Both the position numbers and the translations under genes were made by a program. Shown here in pieces: positions 39,472 through 53,279 of a DNA stretch of 64,000 bases; within the stretch, counting starts at the first letter, position 1; each line of letters begins with the position of its first letter. Source of the stretch: Rhizophagus irregularis (taxonomy: Eukaryota); NCBI RefSeq assembly GCF_026210795.1, contig NC_089432.1, positions 1,984,001 through 2,048,000 of the forward strand. Direction: 5' to 3'. The notes under the pieces are model-generated. The model did no database searches and was not told the origin of the DNA. It saw nothing but the letters and a program-made list of their open reading frames with translations.

Positions 39472-41009
39472 TATAATAGAAAAATCATTGCCAAATTATA
39501 TATCAAAAATAAATTACTTTGGAATAAAAATTTTAATTAATATATTTTTAATTAACGAAAATCAAGGTGGATACAGATTATAGTTTGCACATACAGTAAC
39601 TTTACGCTAGGAAGATAAATAATAATATTGTATGGTTGGTTTAAATGAACCTTGTTTAGTAAATATGATAAATGAAAGAAAATGTAAGGTATTTCATACT
39701 ATTATCCGTATGGAGAAGATAATATTATGAAGATGATCAAACATTGAATGATCGAAAATTTTATTGTATATACAGTACGTAAATCAATAATAATCTTGAA
39801 AAGTTTATTATGCAATTTTAAATTGAGTAAATTTTAAAATAAAAAGAAAATTTATTTATCATTTATCTTAAATGATATTTATATAATTATGTATTAAGAG
39901 ATATATTTTTTGAATTGAGACCATAATCTTCCATATTACCTTTGCATTAATCTTACCAATCTTTGATGAGGCGTAAAAAAATTGAGAATGAATAAAGTGT
40001 GAAAATTGTATTAATGAATCCATTTCTACAATAAAAATATTATTAAATGTTTTTAAAAAGAACAATCTAACGGACTACAGGTTTCATGAAGATAAATACA
40101 TCATATTTTGAATATTGTATTTTATAGAGAATTTTTCAAAATTAATGCAAAAAAATGTCAAATACTTCACGCAAACGAATATAATGCTCAAAAGTTGGAG
40201 AATGTTGAGAATGCCAATAGAAATTTAGTTGGTTTGATAGGTGCATGTTTTAAATTTATTTACAAAATTACATTTCTATTAATTCATATCAGCATAAAAC
40301 TATAGCTTATGACATAATTGAGTGAATTCATGATAGTAATGCAAATTGAGTTTTTACACAGGAAATATTTATATTCACAATATCATAATTCCTAGCATGC
40401 TTTTGCGTAGAATGTAAAAGTCCTCTATTCCACTTCGGACAATCAAAGATCAATCTTTAGATCATACGTCTAGTAAATAACGTTAAAATGAGCATCAAAT
40501 TAACTATAAATTTAAAAAGAGAAAAAGTGAAACATTCACGAGACAATTAATTCAGCTATAAACTTTTGAAATAGCTAAATGTTTAATGCTTTCATTAGAG
40601 AGTTTTTTTTGTTTTTTTTTTAAAAAAAAAGACATGAAAAAAATCGTAACGAAAAACAAAAATTTTTTTTTATTCGCTTGTAAAACTAATTATGATCAAA
40701 GTTATCCAATCAAAACCGCAACTTTTCATTTATGACAGAATTTTCTTTCACTTATATGTAAGGTTAATGAAAGTTTAATAGATGGATTGAATATTATCCT
40801 TATATTTAAATCTTTTCTTCGAAGCGGTTTTAATTTTAATTAGAAATTAAAGTCAGTAGTAGTACATATAAACTAAGTATTACTGTGTATAATGAAAGCT
40901 TGATTAAAGCTTAATGAACAATAACGTAGATTATTATTATATCATTTCTAACTTATTATTATATTATATTTGCAATAAGCAATATTATTGATGGAACTTA
41001 TTGTGTTAC

Positions 41010-42620
41010 GTTCAGTTTATTTTTATTTTTATTTTTATATTTCACGTGAACTAAGTCACAGTACAAATTACAAGGGCTAGCTATAAGAAAGTCAAAAGCA
41101 ATTTAAAAAGAACCGTGAACCAAACCGCGAACAGGCCGCGCCACCCTGGTGTACGAAAATAAAAGAAACCTGTAGCGATACTCTAACAAAAGGTAACGCC
41201 CACACTAGAGTAAAAAGGCTAAGGAATTAAAAAATAGAATTGAAAGAACTATCTAAGAGTAATAATATTCGATAAATTGTAAAAAGAAGAAAAATATTCT
41301 ATATTATCAAAAAGTGAACTATCTCTATGGGGTTCCCATGATCCTGAATGTAAAAAGTTACTGGAAGTCCAGCGAATGTAAGAAGTATCATCTATACGAG
41401 TTAGTTGCTTCATATACGGAGGGTTGAAGCACAAACCGCGACGGCCCTTTGTTCGTGTTGGTGTAAAGGTAGAGTTTTCTTTTTCTTGAAGTTGAATAAG
41501 CGATAATAATTCTTTTTCTTGCGTTTGTTAATACCATGTGAAAGTTCCCGTTTTTTTGAAGCGTTCTTTCCAGGTCATGGGTTTTAGATCACGTATTAAA
41601 GTATCCAAGAAAGAGATGAATAGAGATTCACGAAGAGATTTTTTTCCTATATAATTGTAGAAGAAACATGACAGTCGGCTGGAACTAGGTTATTGATTAA
41701 TAATAAGCTTGGATGAGTTGTTGGGATAGTGATCGTCAAAGCTGTATTGTAAGTTGAACAAGGGTGACGCGTTAAAACGATACGCAATGTCGAAGGTGAA
41801 ACTTGAAGTATAAAGTAATGAGTAGATCTTTGTGGCGTGAAAGTACGTTACTGATACCATGAAAATGTTAAGGACAAAGTCCCAGGTGAAATTAGTGTCC
41901 GCCTCGAGGTTACATTCTGTACATTTGAGTATTCCAGCTTGGGTAATTGTGTTGTAAAATATCTGCTGTAGGGTATATAAAATTAGATTTTTTTATTTTC
42001 GATCCTTACGATTGTGACGTTCGATAGGTTTGAGTGATGAATTATTAACCAACGAGTTAAAGATACGGGCTTGAATCGGAGTATTACTCTGTTGTCTAAT
42101 GTTTTAATCGACTATGTAAATGTTATTCCATTTAATATAACCCGATGAGGAATGGTGAAAAAATTTTGAGTTGATAATGATCGGGAATTCTACTGTAGTT
42201 CCCGCTGCTGCTAAGCAGTCAGCTTGTTCGTTGAATTCAACGTTACTGTGAGCTTTAACTTTTTTAAGAATTAAAGTGATATTTCGATAGTGTATAATCC
42301 AAAAGATTAAATTCCAAATTAAAAATATTTTGCTTTAATTGTCGTCTGGGACTAATCGTGGGAGAGGCCATTCGTTCTTGGTATGTAGTAATGCAGTTGG
42401 CTGAGTCTGTAAAAATTGTACAAGTACTGTTATACGGGATTGTAATGAGGGCGGTAAGTATGCCCATAGCTTCACTTTTGGTTGATGACGGAAAGAATGC
42501 CGTAGCGCCTCTGAATTGTAAGCACGGAGCGTGAGGGAAAGCTTGTATCCAACCGTATCCTCTGCTACATCGAGTGCCAATTTGTTTGACTGATCCATCT
42601 GTGTAAAAATGTAGAAAAAT
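41010..42620 (-). mobile_element. 5'-truncated non-LTR retrotransposon (RNase H + 3' end)
   Basis: FYTDGS, STKSEAMGILTAL, IFTDSANCI, VKAHSNVEFNEQADCLA. Cys motif CTEC, and an A-rich tail on the minus strand near 41015-41040. Confidence 0.8.
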
Positions 42621-42960
42621 GAGTTGCTAATTTGATGAGTTCTTTTTTAATGTCTTCATGACAAATAAGGGCTAAATTGATCCGAGAAATTGTATTTGAA
42701 GGGAATCAGAAATATCATTCGAGGATAATAAATTCCGCAGTTACGTGGTCACGTGTGTCGAGTATTATTAGGCTTACGTAATCTGTATTTATTAGGAACA
42801 AGTCGTACTAACATAATATACCCATTTAAATATCTTCTGAAATGATCGACAGTTACATACATAAATTATGTTTTGGTAATACATGTCCTTAATAAATAAA
42901 TAAACAAATTTAAATTTGCATAAAAAAAAACTTCGTCAATAAAAGTCAAGAAGCTCAATA

Positions 42961-45658
42961 ATGTCCAACAACATTGAATCTAACATACCTGTAAAATTTA
43001 CTGAAAATTCAAAAAATGAGTGGATTAATTGGATTGAAGTAGCTATTGCAAAAGATTACTTTAAATATTATGAATTCAATCATTTTAGTAATTTTCAAGA
43101 AATTGGGTTTGGAGGTTTTGGGAAAGTTTACCGTGCGAACTGGAAAAGTTCTCATAATTATTTAGCATTAAAATCTTTTTCTAATTCCAACAACGTCACA
43201 ATTAAAGAGATCGTTAAAGAGGTAATAATAAAATAATTGTTATCTTATAATTTATATAATTTCTAATTTAAAATTCTATTTAGCTTAAAATTCAACGTGA
43301 AGTGGATTTCCATGAGAATATTATTCGTTTCTGTGGCATTACAACAGGTGCAATATATTTTCTTTTATATATGATTTAACTGTAAGACCTAAATTTAATT
43401 TTTTTTTTTTTTTACAAAGAAGATCAAATTGATAATTCAAAAAAATATTGGTTAGTGATGGAATATGCAGACGGAGGTACTCTTCAAGAATATTTGAAGG
43501 AACATTTTGATAATCTTACTTGGAATAATAAATTTAATATGGCACTTCAATTGGCTTGTGCTATATTATGCTTACATGATGAAGAAATTATTCACCGTGA
43601 TCTGGTAATTCATTTATTTATATTCATCATTTTTGCGTTTGTTGAATTGTAATTAATAAAATTATTGTATCTAATTATACTAAATAGCATTCAAAAAATG
43701 TGTTAGTTCATCAAAATATAATTAAATTAGCTGATTTTGGTCTATCAAAAAGAATTGAAGAATCATCCAACCTTCAGTCTTCAACAAAATTATTTGGAGT
43801 AATTCCTTATATTGACCCAAAAAGCTTTAGTAATCAAGATTATAAATTAAATAAAAAAAGTGATATTTATAGCATTGGAATACTTTTATGGGAGATATCC
43901 AGTGGTAAACCTCCTTTTCATACTGAAGGCAAATCATATGATGTTTGTTTAGCAATTAATATAATACAAGGTCTTAGAGAGACGCCTATTCCTGACACTC
44001 CTGAAGACTATAAAAACGTTTATACTGGTAAATATATTCAAGACATAGTAAATTTATTCTTGAATTAATATTAATTAAATCAATTACTTTGTATATTTTT
44101 AGATTGTTGGAATAATGAACCAGATGGTCGTCCCACTATCAATCAGGTTGTCTCTAAATTAAATGCAATGATTATAAATAACAGTAATAATATGACTATA
44201 AAAGATTTTCAGACTAATGGCTCTTATACAAACATCCAATTATCCAGTAAACAGCAACTCAATTTGAATGCTTTTGAAGATCCTATAAATAATCCACCAC
44301 ATGGGGAATTATCCAAAATTATTCAAAATTTTAACGATATGAGTACTAAAGAAATAGATTCTTCAATATCATCAAATAATAACTTTAAGGTGACAGTTGA
44401 TGAAATGGTAGAACTTTCTGATAAGACAAATATAGATGCAGAACAGTTAGATAGACAAAGCCTTTATAATTATCTTAATAATCGTAATATAACTTCACGG
44501 GAAATTTATATTTGGATAATAGATAATCAAAATTATTTAAATTCTATTGTTTTACTTGGAGATTTTAATTACTTAGGAATTGAAACTAATATTGATAAAG
44601 AAAAGGCATTTGAATTATATCAGGTAGCTGAAAATTCAGGAAATATTATTGCACAATATAATATTGGTTGCTGTTATCTATATGGGAATGGTGTTTATAA
44701 AGATTGTGACAAAGCTTTTGAATTATTTAGAAAATCAGCTGAAAGAGAATATTCAAAAGGAGTAAATTATTTAGGATATTGTTATGAAAAAGGAATTGGA
44801 ATTAAGATTGATGTAAAAAAGGCATTTGAATTATATCAAAAGGCAGAAGGTTTAGGAAATTCATATGGAATAAATAATTTAGGATATTGTTATAGAAGAG
44901 GAATTGGAACTGATATTAATGAAAAAAAGGCACTTGAATTATATCAAAGGTCAGCAAATTTAGGAAATTCATATGGAATAAATAATTTAGGATATTTCTA
45001 TCAACATAATATTGATGTAAAAAAGGCATTTGAATTATATCAAAAGGCGGCAGATTTAGGAAATGCAAATGGAATATATAATTTAGGATATTGTTATCAA
45101 CATGGGATTGGGACTGATATTGATGAAAAAAGGGCATTTGAATTATATCAAAAGTCAGCAGATTTAGGAAATTCATATGGAATGGATAACTTAGGATATT
45201 GTTATGAAAAAGGTATTGGCGCTGATATTAATGAAAAAAAGGCAATTGAATTGTATCAAAGGGCTGCAGATTTAGGAAATGCAGTTGGAATAAATAATTT
45301 AGGTAATTGTTATAGAGAGGGAATTGGAACTGATATTGATAAAAAGAAAGCATTTGAATTATATCAAAAGTCAGCAGATTTAGGAAATTCATATGGAATA
45401 AATAATTTAGCTCATTGTTATAAATATGGAATTGCAACTGATATTGATGAAAAAAAGGCATTTGAATTATATCAAAAGGCGGCAGATTTAGGAAATGCAA
45501 ATGGAATAAATAATTTAGGATATTGCTATCAGTATGGGAGTGGAACAATTATTGATGAAGAAAAGGCATTTGAATTATATCAAAAATCAGCAGATTTAGG
45601 AAATAGTGCAGCTCGATATAATCTTGCTTTTATGTTAAGTATGAGAATGGAGACATAA
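42961..45658 (+). CDS. TKL-type protein kinase with Sel1-like repeats (copy 2; 5 exons, C-terminal frameshift)
   Basis: Exons 42961-43221, 43284-43347, 43420-43604, 43688-44027, 44103-45658. HRDL|HSKN and DFG are intact. About ten Sel1 repeats; the capping segment YENG..QAIYWY..DAQNKL lies out of frame at 45640-45753. Confidence 0.92.
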
Positions 45659-45834
45659 ATCAAGCAATTTACTGGTATTATATATCTGCATTACAAGGAG
45701 ATCAAGATGCTCAAAATAAATTAGAACAAATTCATGTGTTCTATGCAAAGTAAATTGGAATGTTTAAATAAAATAAATAAGTAATTAAAAGTACTTTTAT
45801 AGGATTTTTTTCGTTTATTTCTTTGAGTGCTATA

Positions 45835-47227
45835 CAGTGGCGGGTGATCTTTCGTAACACAGTAGTCATGACAGTACAAAAATGTTTTATTTTGATTTAA
45901 TAACAATAAGTTTATTATTTGTAAAAATTTTATATACATTAATAAAATAAAAATCAAAAATTTATTAATATTGGTCAAACATGTGATGCATTTCTTTTGA
46001 TTGTTATTAAAATTTTTTTTATTTGCATAATAAAGATCCCAAAAACAACCCAAATATATAAATATTTTGATAAACTACATTTTACCACCTAGTATAATCT
46101 CCATTAGCTCTAATAACATCGTTTACTATACGATCTGGCATAGCACTCTAATATCATTATCTTCAAACCACTATTTTGTAAGATGTGCGGTATGCTTCGG
46201 ATCATTGTCCTGTTGAAAGACAACATTATCTTTATCCATCCCATGCCACTCAATGGTTTCCCAATAAGTCTTCCTCCAAGATTTGACGATATAAATTACT
46301 ATCATTACTATCCATATGACCATAAATTCGGCATATTTTACCAGCGCCACTGGATGTAAAACATCCTCATACCATAATACTACCCAAACCAAATTTTACT
46401 GTTGTTTTGACACGGTGGTCTCTTAATGGCTCCCCTGGTTTTTTCCAGCAATATTCTCTGCTATCTGATCCATATATCATGAGCTTTGACTCATCAGACC
46501 AGATAACTTTGCTCCAATCCTCTGATGTTCATGATCAATACTTTTTTTGTAAATTTCATACGAGCAATTCTATGTGTTTTTTTAAGATAGGGCTTTTTCT
46601 GTTTGACTCTTGCACCTGATCCATTTCGATGTAAGGTCCTATTCACTGTACTTTCACTGACTCCCATCTGCTTTTCAAATTTTAATTTTTTAATAGCTAC
46701 TGCATTAGTGCACTTCCCTGTTGTAATATACCGCAAAACTTTTCGCTCATTTTGGCCTGTTAAGAGTTTTGGACGTCCAGATTTAGGTTTATCTTTAAAA
46801 GTTCCAATAGCATCTTTACATTGCTTGATTCTTATAACAGTTGATTGCGAAATTTTTTCTTTATCCACTACATACCGGGAAGGATAACCTTCTTCAAGAA
46901 GAGCACAAATCCTAGACCTTTTTCGATAGATAAAAAACCATAGTTAGTTTATAAAATTAAAAAAGGAAATGATATGCTACAAAGCACCTTTTTATACTTT
47001 TTCATTGTTGTTTTGAAGCGCGAAAAAAAATTGTTTATTATTGAAGAAGTTTACTTCAGTTTAGTAAACGGTCAAAAGAAAAGGATCGCGTGTTTTAAGA
47101 ATTTTTGCATATGGCGAGTGGATTTTTAAAAGATGGACGAGATTGATAAAATAAGGTACCATGACCACTGTGTTACGAAAGATCTCCATTTTACATTTTT
47201 CATTTCGGTCACTTTTGACCGCCACTG
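45835..47227 (-). mobile_element. Decayed Tc1/mariner element
   Basis: TA|CAGTGGCGG...CCGCCACTG|TA, with inner IR GATCTTTCGTAACACAGT. Transposase fragments KSGRPKLLT, VSESTVNRTLH, VFQQDNDPKHT are frameshifted. Confidence 0.9.
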
Positions 47228-48639
47228 TATAATAATTAGTAAATAAACATATGAGCTGTGTATTTACTAGCAGTTTATATTAACAAATAATATTATCTAT
47301 TTATTTTTTAAGTGCAATGTTAAACATAATCATGTGTTTTAACGAATTCTTTAGGACTATACACACATTTTCGAGGATAAAAAAAATCGCCACTGAGAAT
47401 TACCCTTCTAGACCAATCCCGTACTTTCCATAAAATCTGTAATAAAAAATCAATCTTTAGCGTCTAGCAAATAACGTGAAAAAGAGCATTATAACTTTAT
47501 GGAATAGTATCAAATTAACTATAAAAAGTATAAAGTTAAAAAGTGAAAAAATGGAACATTAACGAGACAATTCAGGTGTAAACTTTTGAAATAACTAGAT
47601 GTTAATGCTTTAGAGATTTTATTGTTTTTTTTAAAAAAAAAAAAGACTAGAAAAAAAATCGTAACGAAAATGAAAAAATAATTTTTTTTTATTCGCTTGT
47701 AAAACTCAAAACCGCAACGACAAATTACGATATACGATATATTTACAATACTAACTTCTAACTTCTTTCATTTCTATATAACTTAATAAAAGTTTATTGA
47801 ATATTATTCTTATATTTATCATAAATTGAAATCTTTTTTCCGAAGCGTCAAGTTTTAATAGGATATAGTATTTAGAAATTAATATCTAGTAAGCTTGACG
47901 AACAATAAAATAAATTATTATATCCACTATAACTAATTATATATATAAATCAAAGAAACTGTTTAACGAAGCAAGATAACTTAGTCCCATATTACCGGAG
48001 TCTAAATCTACTGAACCAACGATTGGAAGATGAATATAGAATGTTCGTCATATTTAATTTTTAATTTCATTTAAAAAGGAAATTATTTCATTATTTCAAA
48101 AAATAAAAAAATTTAAAATCCCAATTACGATCTAAGTATTCTATCACAGCACATTCCTTTGTTTTACAAATCTTTATTCATGCCGCATCATGTATCTTAG
48201 CTAAAAATATATATATATATTTATAATTAATTATTAATGGACAATTAAATAGATCATATACTGTATGTACAGTATAAAATAATGTATACAGAATTACAAA
48301 GCCCAGAGAAATTATTTGTCATATCTATAAAAGAATGAATTCATTAAATAATATTTAAAGCTCTAGATTACTTAAATTTTGACGGACACAATTTAAAAAT
48401 TTAATTATAATATCTTTTAAAAAAATTACTTACTATTAGTTCACTTAAATATATAAATTAAATTATTTATTTATTTCATTTATATACTTCATTTTTAATT
48501 ATGTTAATAGTATACATTATTAGTAAAAGAAATGTTTCACCTTCCCTATTTATAAAGGATATCGAAAAAAAAAATTTAATAAAAAAATTTCTAATAAAAA
48601 GATATCAGAAATTTTTATTAATATCATTATTAAAGTACT

Positions 48640-48950
48640 ACGGCCCTACCACAAAGGGACTTCCTAAGAAGTGCACTATGCTCCTCCCGTGAAAATTACG
48701 CATAGCACCATGCCGTACCACAACCAACCGGTCCTATCGTGGGACTGCAGCGAAAGCTGGTACCCACGAGCTTACTAAAAGCAAGCATCTATGCTCCAAC
48801 CCTTCGCATAGTATTATACCGCTCCAAAAAAATTCCCAGCCAGCTCTACTGCGAGACTGCAACAAAAGCTGGTACTCACAGGCTTACAAAGTAAGCATGC
48901 TATGCTCCCACCCATGCATAGCATCATGCTGCTCCAACAAAAGTACCCGA
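48640..48950. repeat. GC-richer tandem repeat of ~112 bp (about 2.5 units)
   Basis: CTATGCTCC at 48676, 48789 and 48900. GACTGCA.C.AAAGCTGGTAC.CAC occurs twice. Confidence 0.7.
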
Positions 48951-49450
48951 AAAACTACTTGAGAATACCTATAATACTTCTTTAGACAATAAACGTACGA
49001 GTTGTGAGGGGAAGTGAAAAAAATGAGAGAAGAAAGGAAGGAGGAAAAGGAGGCGAGAAGAAGGGTGAGACGACAAGAGTGAGAAGGTAGGGGAGGGAAG
49101 GTTGAAAGACGATAAAAATGTGAGGAAGTAAAGATGATATAAGTGGAAATAATAGTTTTATAGTTATACTCTGTAAAAAAGTTTATGATGCACGATCAGT
49201 ACTATTAAATCAACAAATTATTAGATGACTCATAATTATTACGTCGATGTTGAGTCATTTGATCACGTGATTCAGATCCAGAGTTTATACTTAATGCCAG
49301 CTGGAATTATCCAAAAAGGAAAGATCTGCAGTAAATTATTTTAGATCAATATATTTCTACAAAATGCAATCATAAATTTGTGCAACATAGAGTATATATA
49401 TATATATTTCAGGAGTTAATGTAACACGGGTGAACTTATTTTGTTTCAAA

Positions 49451-50929
49451 ATGTCTCAACTTAATATTGATTGTTTAAACGAGATTTTTAAATATATAGA
49501 TGATGATGATATAGTTACTTTAAGTTCATGCTTATTAGTTAATCAACTTTGGTGTCAAGTTTCAGTGAGAATTTTATGGAGAAATGTTTCTAATTATAAT
49601 ACTTCGAATTTTAATACTTTAATTGCCTGTCTTCCAAATGAATCAAAAAAAATTTTAAATGAGAATGGAATTAATATTTCAACACCAAATTCAAAATTTC
49701 TAACTTTCAATTATTCAACATTTTGTAAAATTCTATCAATTAATCAAGTTCATTACAAAATTGAGTTACTTCTTAGAAATCAACAAACTATTTCATATCG
49801 TAAACTTACTAAATATACTTATTTAGTGGTAAAAGAAATATTAAAAATGTTTATGAATAATATTCCTTCCTTAAAAAGTTTAAGTTATTTAAAAAATTTA
49901 AATATAAATTTAAATTTGTTACGTTATAACAAAGAAAAAGTTTGTTTAAAAAATCTCACAGAATTACATTGTAGTTCAGATATTTCCAACAAATTTTTTT
50001 ATCAACTATCACGAATATGTAATAATTTATTACTAATTGGAATAATGATTAAATGTCATAGTATTCCAATTAGATTAGCAGAATTAATTTCAGTTCAGAA
50101 AAATTTAAAATCCTTTTATATGATAATAGATTGTAGTATGGATGACATTCTGTGTAATATTCCCTTATTAATGACAAAACTTCCTAACACTTTAATGAGT
50201 TTATATCTTTCTGCTGGAACATGCAATTATTCATTATCATTTATAACAAATTTTACCAATTTACAAAAACTTGAATTATCATTTAATTCTACTCTTTATC
50301 TTGATTTTGAAAAGTTACAATATGCAAATTTTCCACAATTACAAGTTCTAATAATTAAATTTGCACGTCCAAAATTTGAATTATTAATTAATTTTTTAGA
50401 AAATAATGGAAAAAATTTGAAAGAATTATATTTAGATCATTATGACAATTCATTTAATTTAGCAGTTGCTAAGTTTTGTCCAAATCTCTTAAAACTTTAT
50501 ACTATATTTACTAATGAAGAATTAGAAACATTAAAAATGGTTCTTATTAGTTGTCAATATATAGAAAGTATTGAATTATTTTGTGATGAATATTTGAGTG
50601 ATAAAAAGGCATTGGAAATGATAGTAAATTATTCACATGAATATTTATGTGAAATAGTGATAACATATGATTATCAAGAATCAAGATTACTTCCAGAAGA
50701 ATTGGAATTTTTCTTTATAAATTGGACGAGTCATATACCACAAAAGTCACTCTCTTTGGAAATTATTAGATGTGAAAATGATAAAACTAGCTTAGATACA
50801 GATCATGAAAATATGAAAATAATTGAAAAATATATCAAATTAGGTGTTATTAAGAAATTTAAAATTACAGATTTTGATATTAATAATTACACGTTATCAT
50901 TTATTATGTCAAATTCGTACAATGTTTAA
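49451..50929 (+). CDS. F-box protein with LRR-like C-terminus, single exon
   Basis: MSQLNIDCLNEIFKYI..TLSSCLLVNQLWCQVSVRILW, then CLKNLTELHC, FLENNGKNLKEL, AKFCPNL. The true ATG is at 49451; the ORF track starts at an upstream GTG. Confidence 0.88.
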   Translation: MSQLNIDCLNEIFKYIDDDDIVTLSSCLLVNQLWCQVSVRILWRNVSNYNTSNFNTLIACLPNESKKILNENGINISTPNSKFLTFNYSTFCKILSINQVHYKIELLLRNQQTISYRKLTKYTYLVVKEILKMFMNNIPSLKSLSYLKNLNINLNLLRYNKEKVCLKNLTELHCSSDISNKFFYQLSRICNNLLLIGIMIKCHSIPIRLAELISVQKNLKSFYMIIDCSMDDILCNIPLLMTKLPNTLMSLYLSAGTCNYSLSFITNFTNLQKLELSFNSTLYLDFEKLQYANFPQLQVLIIKFARPKFELLINFLENNGKNLKELYLDHYDNSFNLAVAKFCPNLLKLYTIFTNEELETLKMVLISCQYIESIELFCDEYLSDKKALEMIVNYSHEYLCEIVITYDYQESRLLPEELEFFFINWTSHIPQKSLSLEIIRCENDKTSLDTDHENMKIIEKYIKLGVIKKFKITDFDINNYTLSFIMSNSYNV

Positions 50930-52944
50930 AGTATATTTTTATGCAGTTATAAGTAATTATTGAGTATTTTATATATAAATTAATTAGTTAATTTTGGCTA
51001 AAATAATAAAAGTGACCAGAAACATGAGTTATTAATTTTGTGAAATCTTTCTCTAAATGCATAGTGCTTTCTTTATTATACTTGCTTAAAAAATATTTAT
51101 AATTCCAAATGTTTCTTAATTCTTTCTTTTCTATTTGTCATACTTTTATATCTCTAAATGATCCATTCCAAATATAACCGTTACAAAGCATATATATATT
51201 CACCGGTCATAATTTTTGTTAAGTAAAATCCTTCTCTATGCGGAACTTTAACACTACTTCATATGCTGCAAAGTGCAAATACACATTTTAATACACATTC
51301 TCTTATAATAGTAGAAGGTTGCGTTTAAGCCAACCTACCAATCTTCTCGTATAGATCTTTATAATGTTGAGAAGTTAGTCAGTAATAAATCTTTTTTCCT
51401 TGTATAATATTATAGTTGATATATTTTTTTCACTTTGAAAAGAAATTTTAATGTTAAGTCTTCCAAATATCGTGTTATCCGATAATATGTGTCTAAATCT
51501 ATTGGTTGAATCAATCAAAAAGGGTTATCCAAAAATAAAGTCCAAAAATGCGATGTTTCCGAGTTGTGATAAATAATCGATTCGACTATTGACGTATACG
51601 CGATAAACTATCTACGTTTGAATGTCTTTTGAAAATGGTTTTAGCCTAGGACGACCAATTTGAAGTCGGAAATACGTAAATGAATATCTTATAAATCCTC
51701 CATATTTGTTATATTCGATTAAAAAGTGAAATGTCATTATTTAATGATATATTCAACCTTACTTTAGTATGTATATATTGGCTAGCCGACATTCATAATT
51801 GAATGTCTATTGGAGAAGATGTAGAAAGTACAAAGGTAGAAATATAGTACTTGATAAAGGTTTTTTTCTTGTGGTCAGTTTCTCCTTTGATGTTTATAAA
51901 GAAAGCTTAGTGTTAATCATATTGAATTTCGTTGTAGGTATAAAAACTAATAATTATAATTCTAATGTTTGATATAGAGAGAGTAATATTTTTTTTAATA
52001 AAAGTTATATATTTAAAATCCTTTTTAATATTGTTTACCGAAGCTATATTTATTAAAACGCGTATAATATGGTAATCTGTAATGATTGTTGATTATTAAA
52101 AATCTCGTATAAGCCTTAATAACTCTTGAACATATCATATTTTCTCTAAATTCTATATAAGGAAATATGATATTATAAAGTCGTATAGAATCATTTCTGC
52201 TTGATATTTCCATAAAGTGTGAGGCTTTAGTGTCTTTGTTCGCGAAGGTAAAATAGGCGTGCGGCTTGGGTCAGTAAGAATTACTGAGCGAAAACGGGAT
52301 GTTAATGGCTTTCGCGGAGACTTGTTAACGTCAATTTTCGATATTACATTATTCGTATTATCCTTTTGATTGCGGTATCATGGTCTTTGATTTCTCATTA
52401 TTAATTAATTAATTTACTTTACTACCTTATAATTATTCTCTTTCATCACAATAATTTTTTTTCTTGTAATGCCTAGTGCATAAAAAATTCAACAAGTAAA
52501 GATCACACATTTCATTGTTCGTTATTTTCCATTTTAAGCACAATTGAACTGGCGTAACGAACTCTGAACATTATGTTAATTAAATAATGAAACCTCATTA
52601 TACTAGTTTTTGTTCTAGGAGTTCAATTGATTGTAGTTTTTAGATTAATTAGAATAATTATATGATATGTTTTACAAAATTTTTAAAACTATTTTTATAA
52701 AATAATTAAAGTTATTTAAATTATATAAATAATAAAAAAATGAATAAAGATAATTTATCATGAAATAATAAGAAAGCATAATAATAAAATATATATTATA
52801 TCACTATGATGTGACATTAGAATTGAATATTAAGGTTATTAAGATTAAGGAAATAATATTATTAGGAGTTTTATACTGTAAGTATTTTGGAATGCAATGA
52901 TTAAAGTTTGACCAGTTTCAATAAATAATCCAAAGATCTAAATA

Positions 52945-53110
52945 TAATATCACGTTGCTCAATTTTCTGTATAACTTGGTTGATTAAATGCCATTGGCGT
53001 CTCATCCATATTGACAATTAAAGGCAATGGATTATGATGTTCTCTTCAACAAGATAAAAAATTAACTCTGTTTTCTCAATACAATTATTTTCTTTTTACA
53101 TACCCTAGAC
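52945..53110 (-). pseudogene. pogo-family (DDE_1) transposase fragment
   Basis: The minus strand reads PLPLIVNMDETPMAFN, the NxDET motif of pogo transposases. Confidence 0.65.
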
Positions 53111-53279
53111 GATCGCCAATTTTTATCATATATCTTAATTACTGAATTATTGTTGTTGGTGTTAGCTAAAGTTGCCTGCCGATATTCTATTAGCCAATGT
53201 CAAATGTAGAAAAAAATCCCTTCAAAATACTGACGCAGCATACACTTTGACACTATTGCATAAACATTTGTTATTCTTC

